Shown: positions 1 to 10,228 of the stretch, one piece after another
Layout: every line of letters begins with the position of its first letter
Numbering within the stretch: the first letter of the stretch is position 1
Assembly (NCBI GenBank): GCA_963769425.1
Contig: CAVYLP010000003.1
Coordinates: 64,001-128,000, forward strand
Direction: 5' to 3'
Origin: Candidatus Bathyarchaeota archaeon
Lineage (GTDB): Archaea; Thermoproteota; Bathyarchaeia; TCS64
Length of the DNA: 64,000 nucleotides
Translations under genes and position numbers: made by a program
The notes under the pieces: model-generated
The model's database searches: none
The model's input: the letters and a program-made list of their open reading frames with translations, nothing else
Told to the model about the DNA's origin: nothing

Positions 1-2
1 GA

Positions 3-554
3 GTAATAACCGGTAAACACGGTCCATTTCATGTCCACTTCCGCGCAAAAGATAAAGCGAACATCTCGATCGGCGATAAGGTCCAGTTCAAGGCTTGGGG
101 GGTTGGATTAAAGATCAAAGGTTATGAAGATGTGAATATACATAAGTGCGGACCAGAACTTCTCGAAAAAATGGGGATAGAGATCAAAAATGGTCGACTG
201 CTTGTGCCAGTCGTCGCTGAGTTCCCTGCCGAGATCATGGGATCAGGCTATGGTATGTCCCCACACTCAATCGACTACGACATCCAGAGCACGTGCCCAG
301 ATGTTGCTGTTGAGCTGGGTGTAGATAGGCTGCGCCTCGGCGACTTCGTTGTTTTAAGGGACCAGTTAAACGATTATGGTAGGGGATATTACAAGGGTGC
401 AGTTAGTATAGGAGTCGTAATCCACGGCTGGAGTAATCACCCGGGACATGGACCAGGCGTAACTACGTTAATCAGCGCGAGACCTGGCAGGGTAATGACC
501 ACAATCAATCCTGAAGCCAACATCGTTAATGCCCTAAATCTTAGTTTGGATTAA
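3..554 (+). CDS. DUF4438-family protein, 5'-truncated by window edge
   Basis: Frame of ORF 132..554 is open from position 3 (VITGKHG...IGDKVQFKAWGVGL). IMGSGYG..DYDI, LRLGDFV, YGRGY and GHGPGVT resemble DUF4438 proteins as I recall them. Confidence 0.7.
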   Translation, partial: VITGKHGPFHVHFRAKDKANISIGDKVQFKAWGVGLKIKGYEDVNIHKCGPELLEKMGIEIKNGRLLVPVVAEFPAEIMGSGYGMSPHSIDYDIQSTCPDVAVELGVDRLRLGDFVVLRDQLNDYGRGYYKGAVSIGVVIHGWSNHPGHGPGVTTLISARPGRVMTTINPEANIVNALNLSLD

Positions 555-972
555 TCCCGGAATTCGTCGTCTTTGAATCATTTTTAGGACCAGAATATAT
601 GCGGATCCCAATCGCACCGCCAAATATAAATGCGATTAGTATGAGGAAATCATTTACATTAATAGAAATACCACTAATGAATAGAAAAAGAGAGTAAAAT
701 AAATAGGCAATAAAACCCAATAGAACACCGACAGAGACATTAGTGTCTGGATAACGTCTCTTGAATAAATTTGATACTGCAACTCCGCTTAATAATGAAG
801 AGGAAAATATCACACCAAAATAAAGGTAGGGGTCAGCAGTAATGAACGTAACTAAAATGAGGGCCATAATATAAGCAGGCGTTGCTTCTAATACTCCCCC
901 TGATACATAAATTTGTAATGGAGTTTTAGTAGTTTTTTCTAAATTTTCCACGTTAATACGATGAATCAACAC
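541..972 (-). CDS. Hypothetical 4-TM membrane protein
   Basis: AT-rich ORF with four hydrophobic segments; co-oriented after the M29 gene; start uncertain. Confidence 0.55.
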   Translation of the reverse strand: MLIHRINVENLEKTTKTPLQIYVSGGVLEATPAYIMALILVTFITADPYLYFGVIFSSSLLSGVAVSNLFKRRYPDTNVSVGVLLGFIAYLFYSLFLFISGISINVNDFLILIAFIFGGAIGIRIYSGPKNDSKTTNSGINPN

Positions 973-1000
973 AATAAATATCTTTTGAGACGAGCACGGC

Positions 1001-1970
1001 TCATATGGTGAATTTTCCAGAATCCATCACGATGAAGGGCTTTTGGTCTTGCTTCGTCACGGTGATTGTAGGATGCTCAACTAGTAGAATCCATATGGGT
1101 CTTTGATGGGTAAAAGCTCCCTCCAAAAGCCACATGTATGGTACCTATCACCTTCTCTGCCTCGAGGAACTCATCGACGAGTCTTGCTTTCGGGTTTATT
1201 CCAAAGGAGAATTCTCCCAAGTATCTCGACCCAGGGTCTCTTCGAAGTTCCTCCTCTATTCGACTCTTGATTTTCTTGTCGCTACATTTGACTAAGCCTG
1301 CTTTGCCATTTTTGGAACTGATCTCGACTGGAGTTTCGCGGTAGAGTCTGTCGAATCCGCCTGATGTGCAGACAAGTTTTCCATCAAATGAGTCACCCAC
1401 GGGAGGCATGCACATAACTTCACCACATGGTAGGTTGCCACCGTATTCTACTATGAATTCATGGTCTATTCTGAATGTGAAGTCGGCGCCTAACTGGCTC
1501 TGTACTCTAACCTTCTTTGTATCCTTCAGTTTCTCTCTGAGCTTCTCGCCGAAGGCAAACATCGACTCGTATTCAGCATCTGTAAGGGAAGCAGCGCCCT
1601 CTGTGAACATGTCTATCGTTAGACCTGGGCAGTGACAGATTCTTGCTGATTTATGCCGTTCGAGTTTGTTGAACTGGATCCTGTAGGCTGTCTCTTCACC
1701 AGAGTTTCTGAAGAGGTTAATATACAGGTCTGGTTTATTTGCAGCAATTAGCTCCTTCGTGTGATCATCAAGTTTGGTTCGTATGTTGCTGCTTGTATCC
1801 ATCATACATAACTTCGTCCAGAGACCGAGTTCGAGTGTAGCCCTCGAAAATAAGTCTCCAAGTGGCTTCAACTCTGAGTCGCAAAATATGAGGGCTGATT
1901 CACCCACAGTAGCGTCTCGTGTGTTAAAAAGTGCAGTCTTAACTGCTGAAAGGGCATCCAATCGAGTCAC
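1001..1970 (-). CDS. M29-family (aminopeptidase T / thermophilic metalloprotease) aminopeptidase, +1 frameshift near 1089
   Basis: GNLPCGEV, LGEFSFGINP, EAEKVIGTIHVAFG, THMD motifs. Removing one base after HMD gives LLVEHPTITV...MDSGKFTI* ending at TGA 1003-1001. Confidence 0.8.
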
Positions 1971-2668
1971 ATCTCGTATCCCATCGATTTTCTCAACAGA
2001 TTCCTCGTTTTCAGTACATAGACGGTTGCTACGATGACGACTATCATTCCGATTGTGAGGTACATGTTATCGGAATTCAGAAGCATTACCATCCTTCCAT
2101 TCACTAGAGCAGTTCTGCTCATGAAGGTGTTAGCGAAGTAGGCACCGAAGGCGATGTATATCAGGTAGTATCCGATGCGGGACGTCGTTCCCAAGGCTCC
2201 TGTGTGTGGCCTCGAGAAGTAGAAGTACAGCAGAGAGGTTATCACAGTGACAACCACCAGGATGTTCTCAAGAGATTGCGTCAGGTTTCCGGTGATGAAT
2301 AGAGGCACTATTGTCGCTTGGATCTGGCTTGTGAGACTGACTTCTATCACTGCCCTCAATGTGATGCCCATACCGACGCCTATGGAGAGCGCGATTGGGT
2401 ATCTTGCTACCCATCGATATTTCTCTGTGTACCTGAGATACGTTGCTAAGCCAAGGAGAATGGGGATTATGACTAGATAGTTTCCGCTCTGTAGTGGAGT
2501 TATACCGTAGTCCATGATGAAGCCTATCGCAGCCACGAGGGCGAAGGCTTGGGCTGTAGCAACGAATGTGTGTTCAGCGAAGACTGTGAAGGGATTATCT
2601 TTGAACAACATACTGAAAATGCATAGGGTGAAGAAGACTACAAGTAGACTATCTAAACCAATGACCAT
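1967..2668 (-). CDS. Uncharacterised polytopic membrane protein of the GlmL-like cluster
   Basis: About 7 hydrophobic segments; FKDNPFTVFAEH, YFYFS and FGAYFANTFMSR motifs; overlaps both neighbours (translational coupling). Confidence 0.75.
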   Translation of the reverse strand: MVIGLDSLLVVFFTLCIFSMLFKDNPFTVFAEHTFVATAQAFALVAAIGFIMDYGITPLQSGNYLVIIPILLGLATYLRYTEKYRWVARYPIALSIGVGMGITLRAVIEVSLTSQIQATIVPLFITGNLTQSLENILVVVTVITSLLYFYFSRPHTGALGTTSRIGYYLIYIAFGAYFANTFMSRTALVNGRMVMLLNSDNMYLTIGMIVVIVATVYVLKTRNLLRKSMGYEM

Positions 2669-3483
2669 TACTTCTTACCTCCTATCCCCACGAAGTACAC
2701 TATATTGCCAATAACCACGGCTGCTATCAGCCATAGGTGGGCGATTGAGAGAACGTCGGTGCTCTCTACTCCTAGACCGGGGGTTTTTGTCAGTATCTCG
2801 AATTCGCCTGCTCCTCTGACGCTGGAGAGCAACCCAGAGATCTGGCCTGCTTGGAAATATGGAAGCATAGTAGGCAGCATAACACCTGTTTCGCCGGCTA
2901 TGACTTTGTTATTAAATTTCTGTTGGAACTGCATGAGGAAACTAGTGGCGCTAGCTGAGCCTGAATCGAATGTTATTATCAGTGTTATGTCAGCACCGGT
3001 TTTTACGTTATCGAGGAAAGTTCCGGAGATCGAGTTACCGTAGTAATCATTGTGCACAACACCGTGGAAGTTAGTTGCTAATGCGGCTAACCCAGTGTCC
3101 CAACCCGCGACGTACCCTATATTGACATAGTCTTGACCGTATTTTTTCCCTTCCAAGTTAACGTTTTTCAGAGTATAGTCGATCCACTGAGAACCCATAG
3201 TCCATGCGCTAAAGTAGATCACCTTGAGGGGTCTGGTCATTAGAAACTGTGTGGTGTCGAGGACTTGTGGGCCCAGTTCGCCCCAGGATGCTGCGTCGCC
3301 ACCGTAGTGGACCAGCACGATGCTGCCTGATGGTAAGTTTACAACGGTGTTATAGTAGTCCTGAGTATACTGGCTTACCGTTATCGGTAATCCTAGTGGG
3401 TGAAGTATAGGGATAGCTATGGCTATGAACATGATTATGTACACTATTCGCTTCTGGTTTTGGTAGCCATTTAACCAACTCAT
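2668..3483 (-). CDS. Membrane-anchored protein (N- and C-terminal TM, ~200-aa soluble domain) of the GlmL-like cluster
   Basis: TM-soluble-TM layout; YGQDYVNIGY, PYFQAGQISGLL and GAGEFE motifs. Confidence 0.75.
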   Translation of the reverse strand: MSWLNGYQNQKRIVYIIMFIAIAIPILHPLGLPITVSQYTQDYYNTVVNLPSGSIVLVHYGGDAASWGELGPQVLDTTQFLMTRPLKVIYFSAWTMGSQWIDYTLKNVNLEGKKYGQDYVNIGYVAGWDTGLAALATNFHGVVHNDYYGNSISGTFLDNVKTGADITLIITFDSGSASATSFLMQFQQKFNNKVIAGETGVMLPTMLPYFQAGQISGLLSSVRGAGEFEILTKTPGLGVESTDVLSIAHLWLIAAVVIGNIVYFVGIGGKK

Positions 3484-3488
3484 TCAAA

Positions 3489-4127
3489 TCACTTCTCCGA
3501 AGTTCCGGCCAGGAAACCATACTCCTTGCCGGTCATGACCCTTAGAGCGAGGGCAACTGCAGCCAATGTGATACTTATGCCAATGCCTCTGCTCACGCCC
3601 ATTGTTGGATAATTTAATATGAATGTGCCAATTGGGTCGAATCCTCCCCATATGATTGCACCGATAGGTGCGTTTTTCAAGAGAACTATAAATGCGGATA
3701 TGAGGAGCAGTGATGACTCGATGCTCTTGAATCTGAATGATTTGTAGGCTGCGGACGCCATGTAGAAGAGGGCTATTGAGTAGAATGTGGCGCTAAGTGG
3801 GGAGTACACGTTATTGTATATGTAGCTTGAGATATCACCCGAGTTCCCCTGAATTACGCCTATGATCGAAGTTATAGAGGTCAATAGAATAAACCAGGCG
3901 GCATAGTACCATCCAGGTCTTCTTTTAGCAATTTTTTTCCCGTAATTCTGAAACATGTTGATGAAACCGAGTCCGATTGCGAAAGCTGCTATAACTGTTC
4001 CCCAGTTGGTTAGTTGATCGGTGGTTGCCCTAAGGATGGGTATATCGAGGTTCCAATCTAAGAGGAAAACGATGATTGCTATCGCTGTGATTGCTATCGA
4101 TATCTCCTTACGTTTATACCATGACAT
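3489..4127 (-). CDS. Uncharacterised polytopic membrane protein of the GlmL-like cluster
   Basis: About 6 TM; PLSATFYSIALFYMASAAYKSFR and ALRVMTGKE motifs. Confidence 0.75.
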   Translation of the reverse strand: MSWYKRKEISIAITAIAIIVFLLDWNLDIPILRATTDQLTNWGTVIAAFAIGLGFINMFQNYGKKIAKRRPGWYYAAWFILLTSITSIIGVIQGNSGDISSYIYNNVYSPLSATFYSIALFYMASAAYKSFRFKSIESSLLLISAFIVLLKNAPIGAIIWGGFDPIGTFILNYPTMGVSRGIGISITLAAVALALRVMTGKEYGFLAGTSEK

Positions 4128-4138
4128 TTCAATGCCTC

Positions 4139-4927
4139 CTAAACGCTAAGAAGTATGGATACGATGTTGTATCCGAATATTGCAACCACAGCACCGACGA
4201 CGATTAAACCGACAACAAAGATTTTGCCCCAGTCTTGGCCACGAAGGCTTCCTATCTCCACGGGATCCTTTGAGAGATAAGCTCCAGCTGCATAAAGCTC
4301 CTCACCGATAAGTACATAATCAGCTATACAAGCCAGCACTGCCGTCTGCTGATAGTTTTGGCCGCTGCCAGCGATGACGATAGCCCCAACCGACTCCGCT
4401 TCCTCACTCAAAGCCAGTTGTTCGGGGCCATACAGTCCAGTGAAGGCGGCTGCGGCAATGTTTTTTTCGTGGATCAGCCCTATTTGGCCGGTAGCCCACG
4501 CAAACTGGTCTTCTGAGAGGAATATCACATTCTCTGGTTTAAAGTCCTCAATTCTTCCCTCGTCATCGTAGGCGTTCCTAACAGTTTCGACAGCCTGAGG
4601 GTAGATGATAGATGTCCCTATGTCTCCACCAGCGGGGACGTATAATGTTGTATGTGTGCGCGCTGCAATTTTGGCAATATAACCCGTTATGCTCAAGGCC
4701 GCTAGCGTGTTTGGGCCAAAACTATCTAAACCATAGCCACTCATAACAGGGCGGTTCATCTCCGAAGACCTTTCAACAGCCTCCTCGATAGCATCTAGTG
4801 CGGCAACTTTTCTGATATATGGTAACTCCTTGGCTTTTCCAGCCTGCGTCATCAGATAATAAATCACTAAAAAAAGTCCGATGAGCACGGCAAATGGAAA
4901 AGCCTTGCCAGGGAATAACAGTAACAA
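4139..4927 (-). CDS. DUF6754-like membrane-anchored protein
   Basis: IRKVAALDAIEEAVERSSEMNRP, QFAW, DYVLIGEELYAAGAYLS, GSLRGQD motifs; N- and C-terminal TM. Confidence 0.75.
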   Translation of the reverse strand: MLLLFPGKAFPFAVLIGLFLVIYYLMTQAGKAKELPYIRKVAALDAIEEAVERSSEMNRPVMSGYGLDSFGPNTLAALSITGYIAKIAARTHTTLYVPAGGDIGTSIIYPQAVETVRNAYDDEGRIEDFKPENVIFLSEDQFAWATGQIGLIHEKNIAAAAFTGLYGPEQLALSEEAESVGAIVIAGSGQNYQQTAVLACIADYVLIGEELYAAGAYLSKDPVEIGSLRGQDWGKIFVVGLIVVGAVVAIFGYNIVSILLSV

Positions 4928-5171
4928 TTTAAGTCAGATTAATCGATATTTGTGATACATATTAATAACTTTCCATTAAAACTTATTTCATTTGAGGAAA
5001 AATTTAGTATTTTTTAGTCAATTAAGTAATATTCACGACTGATTAACTGGATGAAATACTATTTTTATCAATTATGTCATATTTTAAAACACTAATACTT
5101 ACTTATTATTTAACTTAATAACCATCAATTTTCTAACTTACTGCCGGGAAGAGAATGATATGAATAAGTTA

Positions 5172-6326
5172 TCACTCATCTAGTACCTCAATGTTCGCTC
5201 TCGGCAGAGTCACCCGCTTCCCGTTATTTAGTTCAACCTCGACTACCCTCACGTCTGCTTCTGTCTCAACCTTGTGAAGATTGATTGGCAGACTAATGAC
5301 AGTGCCATTCTCCCCGAAATAGGGGGTCTGAATCACTCTTACAGGGGTTCCAACCCTCATAGTCGATGGAGCTTCTTCTTTCTCGTCTGTGGGGGGTGTT
5401 TCCTTGTTCGGAATGATGATCTCTGGACGTTGAACACCGGCCCTGATCTGGGTGGCGCCATTGATGTGGGCTAGATATCCGTTGAACTCGTTGAAGAGGT
5501 CAAAGGTTCTCTTCGACATCGCCATCTTGCCGAAGCCCTCGGTGATGATCAGGGTTAACCCAATTTCTTCTTCCCCGGTTATCGCCACTCCGATAGCGTG
5601 GCCTATAAAGCTCGTCAAATCTTCCTCTTTAATGCCTCCCGAGATTATGCCTGATACGCCGAGTTCAACAGCTTTTTTTAACGTCTCGAAGGTGACGATT
5701 CCCCCCGACACAAGTATGTTACCTTTATGTTCGGACTGAATCGCATCGGCTGAAAGTTGATCCTCTGGGGAACTTACCATCACAGCAATATTGCCGTGTG
5801 CCTCTCCGCCTACACCGAATATTCCCTGGATGAAAGCAGCCTCCGTCTCTATTACGGCGCCAACATCTTCGATGATCTCACTGACCCTTCCAGGAACATA
5901 TGCGTTCACACTGATGGGCTCCGGGTGAGTCCTGACAATGATCCTACCCGTCAAAGCTGAAACATTATCAACTACGCCATCTATTGGAGACCTAACGAAT
6001 TTTTTTATGAGTCCAAACATCGTTATGCACTGCGCGATAACCTCGTTCTCTTTGACAGGGTCACCAACCTTCTTCACTAAGTAACTCTCGAGCTCCTCAG
6101 AATCAACGTTCAGAATACCCGCTGCTTTAAGGATGTAGGGTCTTCCCGGCATTTTTACCTCGGCCACAACGGTGTCGTAGTCGACGACGTCCCCCAGTTT
6201 GACAACGACGTTGCCGTGCATTGGCAACTTCCTGATCTTCTTTACATCCACTCTTCTCTTGACTTTCAGGCCGGGTGAGTAAGCTTGTGCCTCGGAGGCA
6301 ACCGCGTCGGTTTCGATAATTGTCAT
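5172..6326 (-). CDS. Uncharacterised soluble protein with barrel-sandwich-hybrid repeats and C-terminal KOW-like motif
   Basis: VKLGDVV, VKKVGDPV, VRSPIDGVV and VNAYVPGRV hairpin motifs; ITEGFG; C-terminal VGTPVRVIQTPYFGENGTV. ATG at 6326 lies just after the glmL-like stop. Confidence 0.75.
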   Translation of the reverse strand: MTIIETDAVASEAQAYSPGLKVKRRVDVKKIRKLPMHGNVVVKLGDVVDYDTVVAEVKMPGRPYILKAAGILNVDSEELESYLVKKVGDPVKENEVIAQCITMFGLIKKFVRSPIDGVVDNVSALTGRIIVRTHPEPISVNAYVPGRVSEIIEDVGAVIETEAAFIQGIFGVGGEAHGNIAVMVSSPEDQLSADAIQSEHKGNILVSGGIVTFETLKKAVELGVSGIISGGIKEEDLTSFIGHAIGVAITGEEEIGLTLIITEGFGKMAMSKRTFDLFNEFNGYLAHINGATQIRAGVQRPEIIIPNKETPPTDEKEEAPSTMRVGTPVRVIQTPYFGENGTVISLPINLHKVETEADVRVVEVELNNGKRVTLPRANIEVLDE

Positions 6327-6330
6327 CAGT

Positions 6331-8142
6331 TTACACCTCCTTGTTCGGGTAAAGCCCCAGCGATTCATTCCAGGTTTTTATCTTTCGTTTACAGAGCTCT
6401 GGGCTTTCTGGGAATCTTATTGGTCTCCCCCTCGCGTCGATGTAGACCCCGACGACGCCGCCTTGTATGGTTGTTTTCAGGGTTTTCCCGGGCCCAGCCC
6501 CAACATCGAAACCCCGCGAAGGTGTGATCACCGCCTTCGCCTCATGCCCCTCGGGGAGGGAAACCTTCACTATCTCACCGAACTTTAGCTCTTTATCCAC
6601 TTTAGAGCCATCGGGTATCTCAAAGTTGACCCTTAGTGCCTCCGCTCCGAACTCAGCTGTGCCGACTGGAGCGATGACAGTTCCAACCCTCACAAGGCAA
6701 TCTTTGTCGAATATCTGCCATGCCGCATCCGGGTGGATTGTAGAGAGAACGCCGAGGTGAGGCATCATGAAGACGCTGTCTTGGAAGATCCTTGTAACGC
6801 CCTCTGGTTGAAACGCGTCGGTCATTATGAGCATCGACTGCTCGCGTCTTGGGGCATGTGAAAGGAGGCCTCCGGTACCAGCTATAATTCTTATCTTCAT
6901 CATGTCTATGTATGACTCTGCAAGCTCCTGGTTGAGGATCTGGTCGAGGTCCCTCTTCTCACCGACGCCCTTGAGGCGTGTTGCTATGCTTTTATGGTGG
7001 ACTAGTCCTAGCCTAAGGGCCTCCCTAGCGACAGCGTGTTCCAAGATCAAGTTATCTAGTGTATGAGGTATGATTGTGGGCCGGATCATCTTATTCATGA
7101 GCCTGTTCTTAACCTCAGATTCGTCGAGGTCGAATGGGAGCCACCTCACAATATTCTCGACACCTGTCTCGAGGAGCACGTTACATATGCTGTAGCTCAT
7201 CCCGAGGTTGGCGCTGACGCTCCTCACGAACCTCCCATCAAAGATCGAGTAGATATTTGTGGTGGCTCCACCTAGCCCCACACCTAAAACGTTCTCCTTG
7301 AATGTGTTGGCGATGAGCTGCATCGCCATCCCCTCGCCGCCGGGGGTGGGCATTATGTCGATGTTTGTCCACTTCATCAGATCGGGATACCCTGGGGCGT
7401 GGGACATTACATGCTTCATGAATATCTCGTGTATGGCTCGTCTTGCGGGCTCTGTGTTCTCCACATCCAGTTTCGGTCGCAAATTCGGGACGCTTGTGAA
7501 GTCGAAGTCCTTGCACAAGATCTCCTTAACCTCCTCGGTGGCATCTTTGTTACCCGCGTAGAGGAGGGGGAGGCTATAATCTACCCCGAGCCTCGGTTTA
7601 GGCTCCGCCGCCTTAATCAGCTCCGCGGTTTCGAGAACGACCTTTATCGCGCCGCCATCCGTTCCTCCTGCTAATAGGATCATGTCTGGCCTGAGGCTTC
7701 GAATCCTCTGTATTTTGACGTAGTCTGGCCGCAGGTCGTTAGTGGCGATCACATCCATGACCATCGCTCCGGCGCCGAGTGCAGCCCTGTTCGCGCTCTC
7801 AGCGGTGATCCCTTTCATCGCGCCGGCGACCATCATCTGCAATCCACCACCAGCGCTACTCGTTGTGCAATAGATGTCCACGCCCGAGTCGTTGATGCAC
7901 GGCATCGAGATCCCGTGTCCATCTGGGGAGAGTATCTTATGGTTGGTCAATTCTTCGATCTCCTTGATGGCGTTCTTAACACCCTGGGTTACGTTCTCGA
8001 AGGGTGCTTCCACGGTTGTAGGTGCCTCACCGGCTACGACGAATCTCCACCCGTCCGCCCTGTTGGCAAAGAAGCGGGCCTTAGTGGTTGTGCTACCGAC
8101 GTCGGTTGCCAGAATGTACCGAGCCTCCTCGAGTGGCTTCAT
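6331..8142 (-). CDS. GlmL/MutL-like (glutamate mutase L family) ASKHA-fold ATPase, long form
   Basis: Phosphate-1 loop TDVGSTTTK, TSSAGGGL, LLAGGTDGG, IMPTP, phosphate-2 loop GLGGATTN, NLGM, GTGG; extra C-terminal domain ending IDARGRP. Confidence 0.85.
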   Translation of the reverse strand: MKPLEEARYILATDVGSTTTKARFFANRADGWRFVVAGEAPTTVEAPFENVTQGVKNAIKEIEELTNHKILSPDGHGISMPCINDSGVDIYCTTSSAGGGLQMMVAGAMKGITAESANRAALGAGAMVMDVIATNDLRPDYVKIQRIRSLRPDMILLAGGTDGGAIKVVLETAELIKAAEPKPRLGVDYSLPLLYAGNKDATEEVKEILCKDFDFTSVPNLRPKLDVENTEPARRAIHEIFMKHVMSHAPGYPDLMKWTNIDIMPTPGGEGMAMQLIANTFKENVLGVGLGGATTNIYSIFDGRFVRSVSANLGMSYSICNVLLETGVENIVRWLPFDLDESEVKNRLMNKMIRPTIIPHTLDNLILEHAVAREALRLGLVHHKSIATRLKGVGEKRDLDQILNQELAESYIDMMKIRIIAGTGGLLSHAPRREQSMLIMTDAFQPEGVTRIFQDSVFMMPHLGVLSTIHPDAAWQIFDKDCLVRVGTVIAPVGTAEFGAEALRVNFEIPDGSKVDKELKFGEIVKVSLPEGHEAKAVITPSRGFDVGAGPGKTLKTTIQGGVVGVYIDARGRPIRFPESPELCKRKIKTWNESLGLYPNKEV

Positions 8143-8401
8143 GTCGTTCCCCTACCTTTCTTTAGATGAACTTAAAAAAACTCCTTTCTGTTTTACTCAC
8201 TTTAGACAAAAACAGTAGCGATGATTAAGAAACGTGGTCATCTTGTTTCATTTTCGACACAAATTAATGAATTTCCACAATGAGAGACACTGAATTTCTA
8301 ATACAAACACATTTTTACTATCTATCGAAGTCGCCGACTAGGATAGGTCGTAAATTATTTCTCCTCAACTCCCAGATGGACTAACCAGGAGTGTCGATGA
8401 A

Positions 8402-10210
8402 TTGGATGAGTTCTCGATTCTGATAACGGATACCGCCGTTGTCGATGGATCAGGTAAGCCTCCATACAGGGCTAGCATAGGTATAAGGGGAGACAAGGTC
8501 GAGCAGGTCGGTATGGTGAAAGGAGACGCCGTGACCGAGATCGACGGAAAGAAGCTCACAGCCATTCCGGGTTTTATAGACTCACACAGTCACGGGGATT
8601 TCAACATCCTCTTCTTCCCCCGTTGCGAAAGTTATCTCTACCAGGGCGTCACCACGATGGTGACTGGACAATGCGGCATGTCCCCCGCCCCGATAGGCGA
8701 TAAGATCACCCTACCAGGGATCGCAGAGTATTACCAGTTCGAGCTCGAACCCTACAAGTACGAGCCCACTCACACCGTCTACCCACGTGAGACAGTCAAC
8801 AGACTAATGAGGGAGAAATTTGGGTGGACGATAGACTGGCACTCAATGGCTGACTGGTTCAAAGTAGTAGAAGAGAAGAAGACGTCGATCAACCTCGCAA
8901 CCATGGTCGGTCACGTTACGGTAAGGAGGACCGTGATGGAGGATGATTTTGAGAGGCCGGCTAAAAAGGAGGAGAGGGATATGATGGCGTCACTGATCCG
9001 AAGGTCCCTAGATGAAGGGTGCATCGGTTTATCCATGGGTCTCGACTACGACCCGGACACCTTTGCCGACAGGGAAGAGCTTGTTGATGCGTGTAAAGTA
9101 GCCGCAGAGTACGGAGCCATCTTCGTCCCCCACTCCCGGAGGACGGGGAGGCGCAAAGGCGTAACCGCGGGTCAGAGGCCACACGACAAGATCGATGCCA
9201 TAAACGAGGTCATTGACCTCTGCCGCGCATCCAAGGTGCGCATGAATATCGCCCACCTCTTCACAGGCTGGTACATTAACCCGGACACCAGTTCGACGCT
9301 GGAGGAGGCGAATAGGAGAGCTACCCTCAAGGTCATAGACGACGCGATCAAGGAGGGACTCGATATCAGCTTCGATGCGCTCCCAAGTTGCATGACCTCA
9401 GTCTATGGAGGCGCCGCCTTCCTCTGCGGCAGCTTTGAACCATGGGTCAGGGAGAAGGGAAGCCGAGCCGAGTTCGCGAAGTGGCTCAATGTAGAAGAGT
9501 ACAGGCAGGAGATAAAGGACGCCGTAAAGGCGGGTAAGTGGTACACGAGAGAGGGACCCAATATAAATCCCCACTGGGCTGAAGGCATGACGATACTGAG
9601 ACATAGGGACCCAAACACAATAAACAAAACGATCGCAAAGATAGCGGAAGAGAGGAGCAAAGACCCCTACGACGTCTGGTTCGACCTGATAAGGGAGGAT
9701 CCAGATGCCCTATGTGGACATCCATTCACGTATCCCGGAGGACCGCCAGACCTTAACGCCGAATACCATAAAGTATTCTGGCAGCACCCAGCCGTGCCCT
9801 AGGGATCGTTCATGCAGACGTATACGATTACCAGTATGAACCCCCGGTCCCCACCTACATGCTGCCCATGGTCATGTTTTACTCAGCATTCCCCCATCAT
9901 TCCTAGAGAAATTCGTGATTCGCGAGAAGATACTCACGATAGAACAGGCAGATACAAAACCTCGACGCAGCCCGCGAAACGCTACGGTCTAAAGGGAAGA
10001 GGCGAGATAAAATCCAGATCCTTCGCCGATGTCGTTCTTCTAGAAATGGACAAGCTGAAGGTAAACGGAACACCCTTGGAGCCGAAGAAAAAACCATCAG
10101 GCATACCTTATGTCATCGTCAATGGCTCGGTGGTGATTGAAAATGGTGAACACACTGGTGCAAAGCCAGGCCAAGTGATCAGGAAGGCCTATAGCCTCCC
10201 ATCTTCTTAA
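8402..10210 (+). CDS. N-acyl-D-amino-acid deacylase (D-aminoacylase) family amidohydrolase, several frameshifts at 9790-9955
   Basis: VVDGSG, PGFIDSHSH, QGVTT..GQCG, MVGH; C-terminal PAKRYGLKGRG..ADVV..YVIVNG..GAKPGQVIR in the downstream frame. Confidence 0.8.
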
Positions 10211-10228
10211 ACCCCCCTGAGCGAGAAA

